Shown here piece after piece: positions 39,111 to 52,897 of a stretch of DNA of 64,000 nt (positions are counted from its first letter, which is position 1; each line of letters opens with the position of its first letter). Origin of the DNA: Lama glama (Eukaryota); contig CM052817.1 of assembly GCA_028534125.1 (NCBI GenBank), forward strand, positions 50,408,001 through 50,472,000, read 5' to 3'. The notes under the pieces are model-generated. The model was given only the letters and a program-made list of their open reading frames with translations. It ran no database searches and had not been told where the DNA came from. A program made the translations under genes and the position numbers.

Positions 39111-42019
39111 TATGATTACTGTTATTCTTAGCTTGATATTTTCAGTTTCCAGTGTAAAAATTATTTAAACCAGTATAAAGCTCTCCACATTTTTCTGTTT
39201 GTAAGTCCAAGGAATTTCACCCAAATTTACAACATCTTTCCTACGCATTTAAAACCTATCTCATTTACATTCTATATTTGAGAATCACCTGTGCATCTCT
39301 AGATTTTATACATCATTTTCCATTTTTATTTGGGGTGCTACTTAAATAGGCATTATTAAGGAGTTTCCCAAAAGAATAGGTGAAAATTGAGAGTCTTAAA
39401 TGATTCATTCCAGATTATTTTGTGTAAAATCTGAATCTGATAGAACATTTTTGGACACAAAATCTTATAATCAGCTAGTAACATGTTTTGAATAATATCT
39501 CTTCATTTTACTCCCTTGCTTCCATCTTTCCTGAACACATTTAATACCAGATGGCTTTACGATGTTTTTAGGCTGTCAAACAGACTGGACCACATTCTGT
39601 TCCTGGAGAACTGTTACCCACATGTAGGTGGTTCATGAAACAGAATAATAGAGTAATACATTATGGTAAAACAATTTTATATTCAAGAGAAAAAAACATG
39701 TCTTAATTTATTTGCATTCATTACATTAGCATTCTAAGTAGACACATTTCAGTTGAAGGATTAGACTATGGATCTTGTCAGTGTGTTTCTTCCTATGCAC
39801 ACCCAGAATGCTCTATAAATGCTTCCATTTTGATGAAATAGGAGATGAAAGAATTAGCAGTACTTGCATTGAATGCAAGCATTTCATATAGACTATGGCA
39901 TAGCTTTATAGGCAGAAAGCTTAAATATATTGTATACATCAAACTGAGTGTTCTGTTCTCACTGTTAAGGAAAAAAAAGCAATTATTTTAAAAGTCACAG
40001 TTCCACATAAAATATTGCTTCAAGAAGTTCTTTGGCTTTGAAGTGGTGTTTAAACCTTTGCATCTTTATGAGGTCATATTTTTCAGACTGAATTTTAAAA
40101 TATATCTAATATATGTATGTACACATGTCAAGGCAGAGGAATGCTTTGTATATGAATTTAATTAAGCAATAGGCCACTTTGGGACATGTTTTATAGAGCC
40201 ATTTGTTTCATGCGAGTTCAACTGCCCAAGCTACCGTGCAATAATGGTCTCATAAAATTATTCTCTGGAGGGTCTTATTTCTACTATAATGTGCTTTTAC
40301 TTAAAATTTAGTTTAATAGCAACATTTTTTCTTGTATATCAGCTGTATACAAGGAAAAGCTATCAGAAAATTTAATGGTTAAAGAGCTCTTGGCTTTCTA
40401 TATTTATTATTGGGAATTGTTCATTCAGAGAAGAAAAAGTGAGGAAAGAAGAGAAAAATGTACATATTACATTAGTAATAATCTTTGGATTTGCTATTTG
40501 TATCTAATTATCTTTTGAAATACTCTCATTTAAACCCCTTGGGGGTATTTTTGCCCTCAGCATCTCCATTGCATATATGTGCTTGATCTCATTTTAACCT
40601 TCTTAGAAACAAGGAGCCATTTACAGCAGCATTGCCTAGTATGTGCTAGAAGATAGGCTCATTTTTAGGACCACAGTAATCAATTGAGACTTAATTCCAG
40701 TTTTTAGTAAGCTTCCAACTTAGTAAGAAAGCAGATTTGTCAATAAAGTTTTGTAAAGTATGTGAAATTTACAGCAGTTGTACTGGACGTATTTTCAAGC
40801 CATGAATTTAGAATTAAGAGAAACGTCTCTCTCTTCATTTTTCTACCCCTGAACTTGGTTTCTGTTTTAAGCAAGACTCCCTGGGATTCAGGCCAGAGTG
40901 GCTGTTGCCCAGAGCCCTGTATTCTAGAAGACCTTAAATTTCTTAAATACATGTACCCACCAATTTTAAAGAACACATAGATTTTTCTGTCATGTGAAAT
41001 TTAGCACTCAGTGCTTGCATGCCTGTAATCCCAAGCATCTCCTGACTAATACCGCTCCTTTCCCAGAGTAGTATTTCCATCATCTCTTACAAAGGCAACT
41101 GTGTGCAAATTCTGTGGAAGTCGTGGGCTGTGCCACTGATGACATTGGAGGTGTGCATTGCTTCTGAGTAAGGAGAGGATCAGAGCAGGGAAAGGGCATA
41201 GATAAGAAAAAAGATGGATTAATTGATCTGTCAAATACTTCTTCTCAAATGGGATAAACAAAGTAGATTTTTGAAACATATAGCATCATTTCTCAGTACT
41301 GCTGAGCATCTATTGTTACTTTTCACGTTCCAGTTTGTGTTTCTAAAGATACTCACAAATTGCAGGTATTCACAATATGTTGCAGAGCTTAAAATATTTT
41401 ATAACATTAAATGATTCCTCTTTTTTTTACAATTTGTATTTACCTGAGTTTAGACATAACTCTCATAAAGCATGATGCTGATGCTTTACTTTGGCATCTA
41501 GACAGATATGAAATGCAAAATTCTGATGAGTTGTATTTTTATAAAATAATTCATAAGAGTTAATTAAATTTTTAAGAATTAAAAATTCTGATTTATTTAA
41601 ATATTTTTATTTAAAATTGATATTCCTTATTACTTTTTAATGCTTAATTTTGAATATTAAAAATAATTTGGGGGCTAACACATGAAAAATAATAATTTTT
41701 TATATTCAACAGGTAAAAATGTATTCAGATTTTATGTACTTTGAATTTAATTACAGTTTATTTTTTAACAATGTTAAGTAATTGAGAATGAGTACAAATT
41801 GAGGTTGTGATAGATATAGAAAATATGAAAGTAGTGCTCAGAAAAGTTTAAAAAGCAAAAATGAAGAAGAAATTTTAAAAGATTCCTCAAAGAGATGAGG
41901 TGGTCTGTTTAATTCTTTTAAACCTGCAAATGGTGAAAGTTAGCAAATGATTGCCCATGATGATTATTGTAAAATATATTAAGTCAAAACCACAATGGGA
42001 AGTGTCTCTGTGTGCCTCT

Positions 42020-42165
42020 GGGTGGTGTACTTAAACTTGCTGTGACTAAAATTTTCTTCTGTAAAGTGAGGGTAATAAAAATGCTACCTCACAGGGTTGT
42101 TGCATGAGTTAACAGTAAAGTTCTTAGAACTGTGCCTGACATACAATGAGTGCTCCAAAAATCTT
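42020..42165 (+). mobile_element. MIR SINE
   Basis: 'tctgtaaagtgagggtaataa...tacctcacagggttgttg...cttagaactgtgcctgacatacaatgagtgctc'. Confidence 0.85.
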
Positions 42166-42199
42166 CAGCAAGCATTAATATTTTGGGAAGGGTGGATGT

Positions 42200-42985
42200 G
42201 ATGTGTAGTGTTGAATACCAGATGGTATGTAGGTTATAGAGGAGGTGTTCTATTCATTTATTTTTATTTGTATCTGAGTACTTGGCTATATTTTGGCTTG
42301 TATGTATAGGAAGGAACCAATGGAATGTGAAACGTTGCCCGTACAAGAAAATTGGATGGTGGTGGGAGCAAGATCCTGGAGGAAACGGGAGGATGGCAGA
42401 TAAAGTATTAATGAAAGGAATTCATTGGAAAAGAGAAGCCATGTTTCCTCTTCTGACATGGGAATGAAGGTGATAGTGGTGGTGAGGAGGCAGATGAAGT
42501 ACTTCATTCCTCTCTGTCATATGAGGCTGAAATTGAATCAGGCAGCGTCCAGCCCATGTATTAATGAGAAGAGAGAAGGAGAAAGGGAACTGGCCTGAGT
42601 CATTGAAAAAGATTGTTGCTTGTAGCATCATCAGTCCATACAATTGTCCTAGTTCATGGCTGCATCGTCAGAAGTGGCTGGAGGGAAGAATTCAGATGTT
42701 TGGATTTACTTAAGTCATCATTTTTAGGATGTTGAACCAGAAACATGTAAAAGTAAAGAAATTGAGGGTACTGATAAAAAAGATCAGTAAATTGATACCA
42801 GTGGATTTAGGATGGGCAGGTAAGGAGGTAATGCTAGAAATAAGTGATGGGTAGGGCAAAAAAGAAAGGTCAAGGGAATCAAGATATTTTGAGGTTAAAG
42901 AACATATTTATTTTTAGTGAGAGAAAGAATCAGCTTGTCAGACAGGGGATGTTGAGTTTCTGATTATAGAGGTCAACAATTTTCA
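42200..42985 (-). mobile_element. LINE-2 ORF2 5' fragment, antisense
   Basis: Purine-rich decayed antisense L2 pattern, e.g. 'ggatgttgaaccagaaac...gatcagtaaattgataccagtggatttaggatgg'. Confidence 0.5.
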
Positions 42986-43384
42986 GATGCTTTTTTACAG
43001 ACTTCTTAGAGGAGAACTCTGCAAAGGAGTCAGGGTACCAGATAGGAATCCTGTTCCCTAAAATGAAACAAAGCCAAAATAGCAATCATTTCTTCACTAG
43101 CCATTCCTATTCATTATAAAAATTAAGCTTGTTGACTCTTACATCTCATGAGGTTTAAAGAAAATGAATAATGGAAAACACATTGCCAGTGCAGCTTGCT
43201 TGTAGACCCTTTATGTGAACAATACCCAAAGTCCCAAAGAGGGTCCCCATTAATTAATGGAAGAGTTGTTCTTAACTTGACTTGAATCACTCATTCAGGA
43301 GTTGAGTGAAGTGTTTTCCACCTGACCGTATTAACAACCCTCATTTGCAAACAAGCACCTATATGAAACAGCAACAACTTTATG

Positions 43385-43570
43385 CAGAGCTTGAAGTCAA
43401 GACCTCTGAAAGCAGACTGCTTTCCTTATGGAATTCTCTGTGCCTCAGTTTGTAAAATAAAGATAATAATTCTGTGCACCTTATATGGCTGTAATGAGGA
43501 TTAAATGAGTTAATATTTGTGCAGTTCTTAGGACAGTGCTATGCAGCTGGTGAGACTATACAAATAGTAT
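43385..43570 (+). mobile_element. MIR SINE
   Basis: 'ctctgtgcctcagtttgtaaaataaagataat...tgaggattaaatgagttaata'. Confidence 0.85.
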
Positions 43571-43929
43571 TAGATAAAGAAGTTTAATGATAATAATAGT
43601 AATAGTAACAATAACATTAGTAAATATCAGGGAAAATACTATAGTAACTAAAGGTCTTATACATAGTTCTCTGGTCTCTCAAAATCCCATAATATTTCAC
43701 ACAATACTTGACTGCCCTCAGAGAATGTGGTTCAAAGATACCTCAGGTTATTAGAGGACATTTTCCAAACCCAGAACCCTAAAGGCCCCAAAGCTGTTCT
43801 CTGCCAATGGATTGATCTTACTGTCCCCTCTGGCCTGGGCTCCACAGTGTGCTTGTATTTGCTTGGCCAGCACCATCTGAAAGGATCTGTTCAGCTCACT
43901 GCTGTGCCTTCTCTGCCTACCTTTTGGTA

Positions 43930-45600
43930 CACTTGTTTAAAAATTACTTCCTTGACTCCCACATCCTTCCAGCTACTGTGGCATTTCTTTGCTAATTTTA
44001 ACATCCATTTTTTTTTGGTGGCATATTCTATCTAAGGTATCTTCACTGTCTCATTGTCTAATTGCTCATTAAGCCATCATAATTTTTTCCTCCTGCATTG
44101 TGTCACTAACTCTCTTCCCATGATTTCCAGTATTGCTACACTCAATTTCTACTTTATCTAACCTCTCAGCAAAACTGGGATAAAAGCTCATTTCCTCTTT
44201 ATTGAGAACACTAGTTCCTCTTAGTTCTTATCACCCTCTTCTGATTTTCATCCTTTTTCTTCAACTTCTCCTTCATAGTCTTTCTTAAAGCCTTCTTTTT
44301 CTACCCAAACCTTAGGCATTATGAAGTCTAGAGCTCTCTGTGTGCCTGTTTCCTTTATATACATCCTTCCTAGATTACTTAATTCTTCCCATGGCTTTAA
44401 TTGCTTCCTTTGAGCTCATAATTTCTAAATTTATTTCTCATGCCCAAACCACTTTTTTAAACCCTAGGCAGTTTGCAGCTGGCAGTTTGAGGGTTATAGA
44501 GAAAAGACTGGAGGTTGACAGTAGTCCATTTTGTGACTACTGAACAGACCCTCATCTGCCTAATTGTGGCTGTCCTATGCACCTTCATCATTTCCCCTTG
44601 ACGTGAGAAGGGGGATGCAATTTCTTTGTGGCCATTTAGGGTTCTCTGCCATAAAAGAGAGAATCAAATATGAATTTTTTAATAAACTTCTGCATTCAGG
44701 CCAGATTTCCTGCTAGGACATCACCTCCTGTCAAAGGAGAAATAGGGGCTAAGTCACATAGAGTGGCTTCACATTTGAGTTCAGTTACAAAATCTATGTA
44801 AGACTGTATTGACTTCCTATTGGGTTCTAGAATCTCCAAATAAAGGTAGCCTGGAATATCTTAAAACTTAGATATTGGGCTTCACTTCTTGCCAAGTGCT
44901 TGACAGAGAGTCTGGTGCCCAGGAAGTTTCCTGGGGCAGTGGTTACCGTTACTGAGGAGAGTGGTGAAGCAAGGTCCCATGAATGGAGAGAGTCTTAAAC
45001 CATCACAAGTGTCTCGGACTTAATACATTCAAACCAAATGCTTGATTTCTGCCCACAAAACCTTTCTTCCTTTAGTTTTTCCCATTTTGATCTTTAGCAC
45101 TTCATCCATAATTATTCAAGCCAAAATTCCTCTGCTTCACTATGTAGCAAATGATTGGTAATTCCTATTGTTCCTACTTACAACATGTACTCTAAATTTA
45201 TCTTTGCTCTTATCTCCCACTGCCACCACTTTTTCCAGCAGGCATCCTGTCTCATCCAAACTCTGGCAATGACCTTTTTGATAGTCTCTCTTCTTCTCTT
45301 GGCTCTATTTTATTTTATATTTCACTCAGTTGAACAATTAAAATTTGGGAGAAAAATGAGAACATATTATTCCTTTGTTTAAATCTTTTAATGACTTAAC
45401 ATTTCCCTTAAAATAAAATAAAAAATTCTTCAGCCTGCTGTACAAGTCCCAGAGTGACCAGCCTGCCCTTGAGTCATCATTGTCATCCCAAAGGCTCTTT
45501 CTCCTTGTTCATTGGTCTGGCCTCTCTGGACTTCTTTTGGGTCCAAATGTCAAACTTTCTCTATCTCACAAATGAAATCATTTATGACCATATTTAATAT
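43930..45600 (+). mobile_element. LINE-2 ORF2/3' region, interrupted at ~44465-45007 by old LTR-like sequence
   Basis: L2 motifs 'cccatggctttaattgcttcctttgagctcataatttctaaatttatttct' and 'ggacttaatacattcaaaccaaatgcttgattt'. The insert contains AATAAA and ends '...catcaca'. Confidence 0.6.
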
Positions 45601-45624
45601 TGTCTCATCATTTGTTCATTATCC

Positions 45625-46685
45625 TTTCATTCATTTATTCAACATATATTAAATAAGCTCCTGCTACATCCAGGCAATTTTGTGAGTGCTAGAGATATTT
45701 GCAGTTAACCAAAGGAAAAAAAAATCTGCTCTTGAGGCTCTTACATTCTAGTTGTCGGGTAGTAAGGAGAAAAAAATGAAATAAATATGAAATGTGTCAG
45801 GTGTTGTTAAGTGCTATGGAGAATAGTGAGTCTGGCTGAAGGAATCAGAGGAAGTTTCTATTTTATAGGGTGGAATGGTTAAGTTTCTCTGATAAGGTTG
45901 TGTTTGAGCATATACTTGAAGAAAGTTAACAGAGTGATCTATGAGGATATCTGGAAAAAGAGTATCCAGGCAGAGAGAACAGTGAGTAGAAGTGCTCTGA
46001 CATCACAGAGGTCATGAGATGTTTGTGTAATAGCAAGGAGGCCAGTGCAACTAAAACAGAGGGGGAGGGAGTGAGACAGAGATGGAGCTGGAGGTGCAAA
46101 GAGAGAGGAAAATCTGTGTATATGAATTCAGACCATCAGATATGGGAGGACTTTTTGAACTTTTATGTATTTGTGGAATTTTTAGCAAAAGCATGACATG
46201 ATCTGATTTATATGTTAAAACTGTCACTTTGAGTACTCTGCAGAGCATGGGCCCTAGGGAAATATTGGTGGATCAGATAAGAGGGTACAACTATAATCCA
46301 GAATTGATATGAGAGGAACCTGAGTCAGATGGGCAGCAGTGGAGATACTGAGAAATAGTTTGATTCCGGCAATGTTTAGGAAGTTGAGCTGAGATCATTT
46401 TCTGATGGGTTGACTGGTGGTTGTGAAAGTATTAAGAAAAATTCTGAAGTTTTTGTACTAAGCCCTGCAGGATGAGAACAATGTGGGAGAAGAAAATTTA
46501 GTGCTAGAGGAATGTGAGATCAGGACTTTATTTTTGGACAAATTAAGAATGAGATGTCAATTAGAAATCAAGTAATTTTTGACTAAGCAATTTTATTTTG
46601 ATTCTGGAGTTAAGAAGAGGAGTCCTGACTGGAGATATAAATTGGAGGGTCATTATTTGTGTACTGATAATAGTTAGTGTTATGA
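45625..46685 (-). mobile_element. LINE-2 (L2a/b-like) 3' kilobase, antisense
   Basis: Tail 'ttcattcatttattcaacatatattaaataagctcctgct', plus 'agcaaggaggccagtg' and 'ctggagatataaattggagggtcatt'. Confidence 0.85.
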
Positions 46686-46829
46686 GACATGTTAGACAAT
46701 TGGAAAAAATCAGTATTTTTTTCAAATAAGTTGAAAATTAAAGGGGTACCCTCTGTTCCTTGCATAAGCAAAACAAAACAAATAAAACAACTAAGATTCT
46801 TGGCTATCCAAGACACCAATATAAAATTT

Positions 46830-48230
46830 TTTTAAAGAAGAAAAATAATGAGAGGAAAAAGATAATTTAGGGAACAAAAGACAAATTGAAAGATATTTTT
46901 AGGTATATAGTTTTGAGAAAATATTATAGTCTATGAAAGAAGAATAGGATAGTATAAAACATAGCTAGAGCTGAAGTCTTGCTAGATGTAGAGTCAGATG
47001 ATTAAAAAAGAATCACAAGACATCGATATTTTCAAATACTAAGGGTAAAGAGATGATTAAGAGCTTCTGTAGATAAAGAAAAGATAGATTAAATGGAAAC
47101 AGGAATTATTGTGGTAACAGGAAATGATTCAAAGATCTAAAGAAAAATGATTTTAAACCTAGAATTTTATATCAGCAAAAATTTTACTTTTAGCATTTAA
47201 AGACTCAGAAAGTAAACCTCCCCTTCACTTTTTATCAGAATGTTATTTTAAGTGATAATCTGTTGGGCAGTAGATGGTGATAAAATGGGATTTGATATTT
47301 TTCTTGAAATTCTGGAACAATTTAGTAAGGTGATAAAGATAATGCATACACAAATAGAAAGGCAACTGATAATTCTAGGGAAAAGTAGAATCACAAAAAA
47401 AGCAATACAAGAAAAAGATACAGCCCAAGACAGTGAACAAAAACTCCAGATTTTTGGGGGGTTCTTTATTTTCAGCATTTAGAATCAATTTCTAGATATG
47501 AAAGTGAAAAAACTTTATAATTAGAGAACCAACTATGAATATTATAAACTTGAGAAATAGAAAAGTAGAGGTAATAAAAATTACAAGCTGGAAGATGATC
47601 AAAATAGAAGAGAACGGTAAGTTAAGGAGAGAGTACAGACACACACAGTGTTTTGTCTCTATTTTTTGTAATAAGAAATAAGGTTATAAGCAGATTTAAA
47701 AAATTTTTTTTTGTTGAAAGTGTTGATTTACAATGTTAGTTTCAGGTACAGCAAAGTGATTCAGTTATACATATACGTACATACATACATGTATTTTCTT
47801 TTCAGATTCTCTTCTGTAATCTGTTATTACAAGAAATTGAAATTGTAAAATTAACCAAATAGTAGAACTAATAATATTACCATATTGGGAAGTGATAGGT
47901 AAGAGGTAATGAGCAAGGGTATAAATGAGTTATGTATGAGTTATCAGGAGGAAGACAGTGAATAAGGTCTAAATTTGATAAATTAAAAAAAAAAACCAAA
48001 ACAGTTACATGAGTGTGTTATTCATAAATAGGAATCACATGAAAAACAAAAGCCAATAACAATAAACATTGTTAAAAGTAGTGTATTATGACCAATAAAA
48101 CTAAGCTTAGGATGGGGAAGGGAAGGAGAAAATCAATTAATTTTAACCAAAGTCCTTTAGCATATTTTGCTTTTTATTCGTGTGTATGCTATAATTTAAT
48201 AGAAAAGAATCTTAGTTTTAAAAATAAAAA
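46830..48230 (+). mobile_element. Old L1/HAL1-like fragments (ORF1-like, A-rich)
   Basis: 'aagaaaaatgattttaaacctagaattttatatcagcaaaa' is a typical L1 ORF1 motif (PRILY-coding region). Confidence 0.55.
47703..47840 (-). mobile_element. Short 5'-truncated L1 3' end (cetartiodactyl type)
   Basis: T-run then 'gttgatttacaatgttagtttcaggtacagcaaagtgattcagttatacatat...ttattacaagaaattgaa'. Confidence 0.85.
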
Positions 48231-49627
48231 CCAAAGTGCAAAGCATTATGATCTTTTAAGGGACTGCTTTGAATAAGAGTTGCTTTTAGATATCTCAGTG
48301 TGAAATTATTAAGTAGAACCTGTGTTTTTGTGTAACACATACAAGCTTTTTGGTTTTTCTCTTTTTTGTTTCCTATATATAGTTGTCCTTTCTCTGGAAT
48401 ATTGTTGGGAGGTTTTGATATGCTTGTGTGAATGGCACAAAAGATATACAAATAGAATACCTTCCTATTCTTGTTCCTCATTCCTCTGAGTTGTGAAGCT
48501 CATCATCTGTAGCCTCCTTTTATGTTAGGATAGATTTATTATTGAAAACACAGAAAGATTGCCTTGCACACAGCGTATCATGTGCTCTTCCTGGGAAATG
48601 CTAAATGAATGTAGAGTGAAATATATATAGATTTAGACTATAAATACCTGACTATTAGGTTTTGCACACAGTTACGCAGAGCTCTTCTCTGTCAGAATGC
48701 CTAATGTCTTATAATACATCTGAAGGAAAGAAAAAAAAAAAGACATCTGCAGCAAATGTGGCGGTGGTGGTGTCCATCAGGCTTGCCAGTTTTATTCTAG
48801 CCAAGATGTCATTGTGAAAAAGAGAAAGCTTCAAGAGGGAATGATTCTCAGGGTTACTGTTCTATGTTAACCCCTCTCTCCATTTTTCATGTTGCCTTCA
48901 GGTTGGAGCAATTTTACCCTGAGCGATGAGAAAGTAAAAATCTCATTCCCTCCCCTCTACTGTCTCCAGCAGAAAACTGTGAACCCTCTTCTTCGCTGCT
49001 TTTGTTGTTTGAATTTCTGTCTACCTGAGATTTCTGAGAGCGGATTTGAAAGGCTTCGTTTTCTGTACTTTTAGTCTGGTACTTTGGTATGCAGTTATTC
49101 CCTTAAAAATGTCACCAAGCTATCTTTGTGCAGTATATGATTAGGATATAATTTGACTGGCACTGCCCCAAAGAGGGAATGAGTTCTGTTTGTATTTTAT
49201 TAAGCGGGTTTAGTTGGTTAGGCACTTCCCTGATCTTAGGTATGTATGCTTTTACTAATCAGTATACCCCCAAAATAAGGTCTCTAAGAGAAGAATTCAG
49301 AGACTTCAATGGAGTCCTCACAGGGAAATGTGAACAATACTCTTCTGCATTCTCATCTGTTTCACTTGCCCTCACTGTGATTCCTCTTTGGGTTTACCTG
49401 GAATCCTTAGCTTGAAGGATTCAAATACATTAAATATTTAAAGATTATCCTTTTAAGGGTATAAGAAAGGACCCCAGGCTGATGTCTCAAAGAGCTTTGA
49501 CAACTTTTTAATCTTTGTGATCTCATGAGCCTCCTGTGATTTCAGTTCTCTTTATGTATTCTAATCACCTGGGGAGATGGTTCATAACCCCTACCTGTTA
49601 TTAAGGTTCTGTGTGGGATTTTCCTTT

Positions 49628-50995
49628 TGTCTTAGCTTGAGCTGTCAGTCCATTCAAGCTGCTGTAACAAAATAGCATAGGCTTATAAATAACAGAAATT
49701 TTATTTCTCACAGTTCTGGAGGCAGGGAAGTCCAAGATCAAGGACCAGCAGATTAGATGTCTGGTAAGAACCTGCTTCCTGATTCATGGACTTCTGTCTT
49801 CTTGCTGTGTCCTCAAATAGAAGAGAGAGGGAGAAAGTGAGAGTGAGAGCACATGGGAGTGCTCATCTTATAAGGACACTAATTATATTTTGGGGACCCC
49901 ACCCTCATGGCCTCATCTAAACCTAATTATTTCCTGAAGGCCCCACCCCAAATACCATCACATTTGGGGAACACAAGCATTTAATCTGTAGTGTTCTGCT
50001 CCTGACCCCCCAAATTCATTTCTTCTCACATGTAAAATTGCTAATCCCATCCCAGCAGCCACCAAGTCTAAACTGGTTCCAGCATCAACTCTGTAAAGCC
50101 TGAAGCCCAAAGTCTCATCTAAATATCACCTAAATCAGATGTAGGTGAGACTAGAGCTATGATTCATCCTGAAGCAAAGCTTCTCTCCACCTGTGAACTT
50201 GTGAAACAAGCCAAGTCATGTGCTTTCAAAATCAATGATTGGATAGGCGTAGGGCAGATGTCCTCATTCCAAAAAGGAGAAATAAGAAGGAAGAAAGAGG
50301 TGATGGGTCCCAGGCAAGTTTAAAACCTAGCAAGGCAAATACCATTAGACAGTAAACTTTGAGAATAACCCTCTTTGGTTTGATGCTCTGCTATCCAGAC
50401 CCCTTGCACAGCAGCCCCACCTATTGGACCCACTGGGATGGTGGCCTCAACCCTGTGGCTCAGTGAGGCACCCCGTCTCCTTGGCCTGTGGTAGCCCTGC
50501 CTGTGTGGATCTTTGCAAGGGTCCTGCCTAGATGACTGTGCCGGGCAGCAGGTCTATGCTTTGAAACCAAAGTGGAGGCAACCTTGTCCCCTGGGTATAC
50601 GGTGGGAATAGCCCTGATGATCTCTGAATCACCTTTGGAGTCCTTCTTTTCTTGAAGAATAACACATGTTTGCAGCCTTCCTTCATTCTATCCTATTTTC
50701 TCTGTTACCTTTAATCCCAGCAGGCAGTGTTTCTGTTGATACAATCTTATCCCAATTCCTGACTTCTGTTGAGGTGGCTGTTTAAATCCATGGTTCACAC
50801 CCACGACTAATCTCTCTATGGAATAATCAACCAACCACACCTTTGATGTTCTCTTCTGAACACATTTTCTCATTCTGGTTCCTTTTGTTTAACAATTCCT
50901 TATTCTTTCTTCTTAAATTTTACTATAGGTAGACAGGAGAAACCAAGCCATTCCATGAACACTTTGCTTAGAAATCTCTTCAGTTAAATATCCGT
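49628..50995 (-). mobile_element. MLT1A-type MaLR: 3' LTR (~49628-49992) plus adjoining internal region; other LTR not seen
   Basis: LTR 'ttatttctcacagttctggaggcagggaagtccaagatcaagg' is followed by the antisense polypurine tract 'ttctgctcct' and MaLR internal sequence 'ccagcatcaactc...ccaaagtctcatct...ggtgagact'. Confidence 0.88.
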
Positions 50996-52897
50996 TGTAG
51001 AAAAGAAATTGTAGAATCAACCATGCTGGCTTCTACACCAACACTGACTATAAGCTTCTTTAAAATATTATACCTGTTTTGGAAAAGTTAATATTATACC
51101 AATAGCTGTAGAAAATCAAGAATGCTTTAAGAGCCTTGTAAATATGTCAACTTAGTAATAACTATTAGGCTTTTCCAGGACTATTTTAGGATAGTTGCAC
51201 CATTCATTATCCTTCCTTGAAAACATCAAACTCTAAAACAACAGGATAATGGTTTTACAAAGATTTATTTTTAAGTTTAAAATGGTAAAGGCTCTTCTCC
51301 CCTTGAGCATGTTTGAAAATTATTCCTTTATAGCTTGTAAATATGTGCCAATATTGAAATACCATACAAATAAAAATAAACCTATCTCTTACTAAAGCTG
51401 GAAGTGGTAAGAAAATCACTGTCTTTCTATATACCATCAAATAAGAGAGGGTACCGTTGGATATATATTTGTATTTTATGTGACTTTTTTGTCCCAAATC
51501 ACCAAATGTGTTATGAAAACAATTAAACTTCACCACTTGACTAATTCTTTTAAAGTAATAACATTAAGAGTTTACTTAATATTACGAGAAACAAAGTAAA
51601 AAATATATCCCACAAACCAAACAGCAAAGCGCATGTTACAGGTATGGGAAATTTAGAATGTTTTTGATTTCCCACATAAATGCCAGACATTTAGAAAGGC
51701 AAGTCATGCAAATCCTATGCAGTATGCAACATGGTTATCCTAAATTCATTATATCACCTTTCTAAGGGCAGTGGGCTCTTTTGCGTTTATTCCTTTCTTT
51801 TGACCTTGGTACTTTGCTGTAAAGGCATTCAGCAACTGCTCCTATGTGACGGCAGAAAGACCTGATTTGGCAAGTGTGTACTTTATGAAATGTGATACAG
51901 CATCAATCATCATTAACCCAAATCTCCCCATCCCATGCAGGGCCTGACCCCATCATATCTGCTTTCCCGTTTGAAAATCCTTCACTTTGTGGAGGTTTTT
52001 GCTGATAACAATGCTCAGAATGATCTCTAGGCAATGGAAACTGACAAAAGATGAATTATCTGTCACTCAGGAGGATGCCCTGACCATGGAAACAATCAAG
52101 TACAACTGTCCGTTATTATTATTTTTTCCCCTTGGCTTTCTTTATTTCCTGGATTAGTTTCCAGCTCAGCATCTGCTTTAAAAGCCTATTGAAAAACCTC
52201 TAGAGAAAATATGAAGTTGAGATCCCCTGGTGAAACTGTTCTTGGTTGTTAGCAGATGCAATCTTTTTCTCTTTGCTGCCCAAATAGTATTTTGAACCAT
52301 AACACATTAATTTTTCCAAAAGAGCTCTTAAAAGTACACATATACCATGTGTGGGTATCTTAAGCATCGGATATTTTGTTAGCTATTAAATGTCTAGACA
52401 GATTGTAAATTTGTGGTTAGGAATCACTGGTTTTATTATCCTTCTGAAAAGTCTTGTGCAATCAGTAATGTGATATCAGTAACTGAAGATGGCTACATAT
52501 TAGATAAAAAATTTTTATCATTTAGAATTGACCAAAAGTATTATTTTAATGCATCTATTATTTTTTCTCACTGAGTGCTTATTCTAGGCTGTTTTACAAA
52601 GAAACTGTGATCTCTGAACACCATTTCCTCTTCGTCGAGAACATACAAAGCAGCGTTACAGCAGACAGGTGAAAGATCACACTGTGGCAATTCAAGATGT
52701 TTCAGGGGAGCGAGTTTCATAACAAGCAAGAGAATCAAATTGTGAGAGATTGTTGTAACTTTATCTGTGTAGGCAAGGAGAACTGTTTGAAAATTTAATC
52801 ACTAGGCTGGGAGTTAAATGGTTGTGGAAAAGTCAATGGATTTTGTGGCTTTAAGAGAATTGCAAGGGAAAGAATTCCTAAAGATTTATGTTTGGAT

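Noticed and set aside
41017..41033. GCATGCCTGTAATCCCA resembling the Alu/7SL 5' region
   Set aside because: The similarity does not extend on either side, and there is no B box, A-tail or TSD. Treated as chance.
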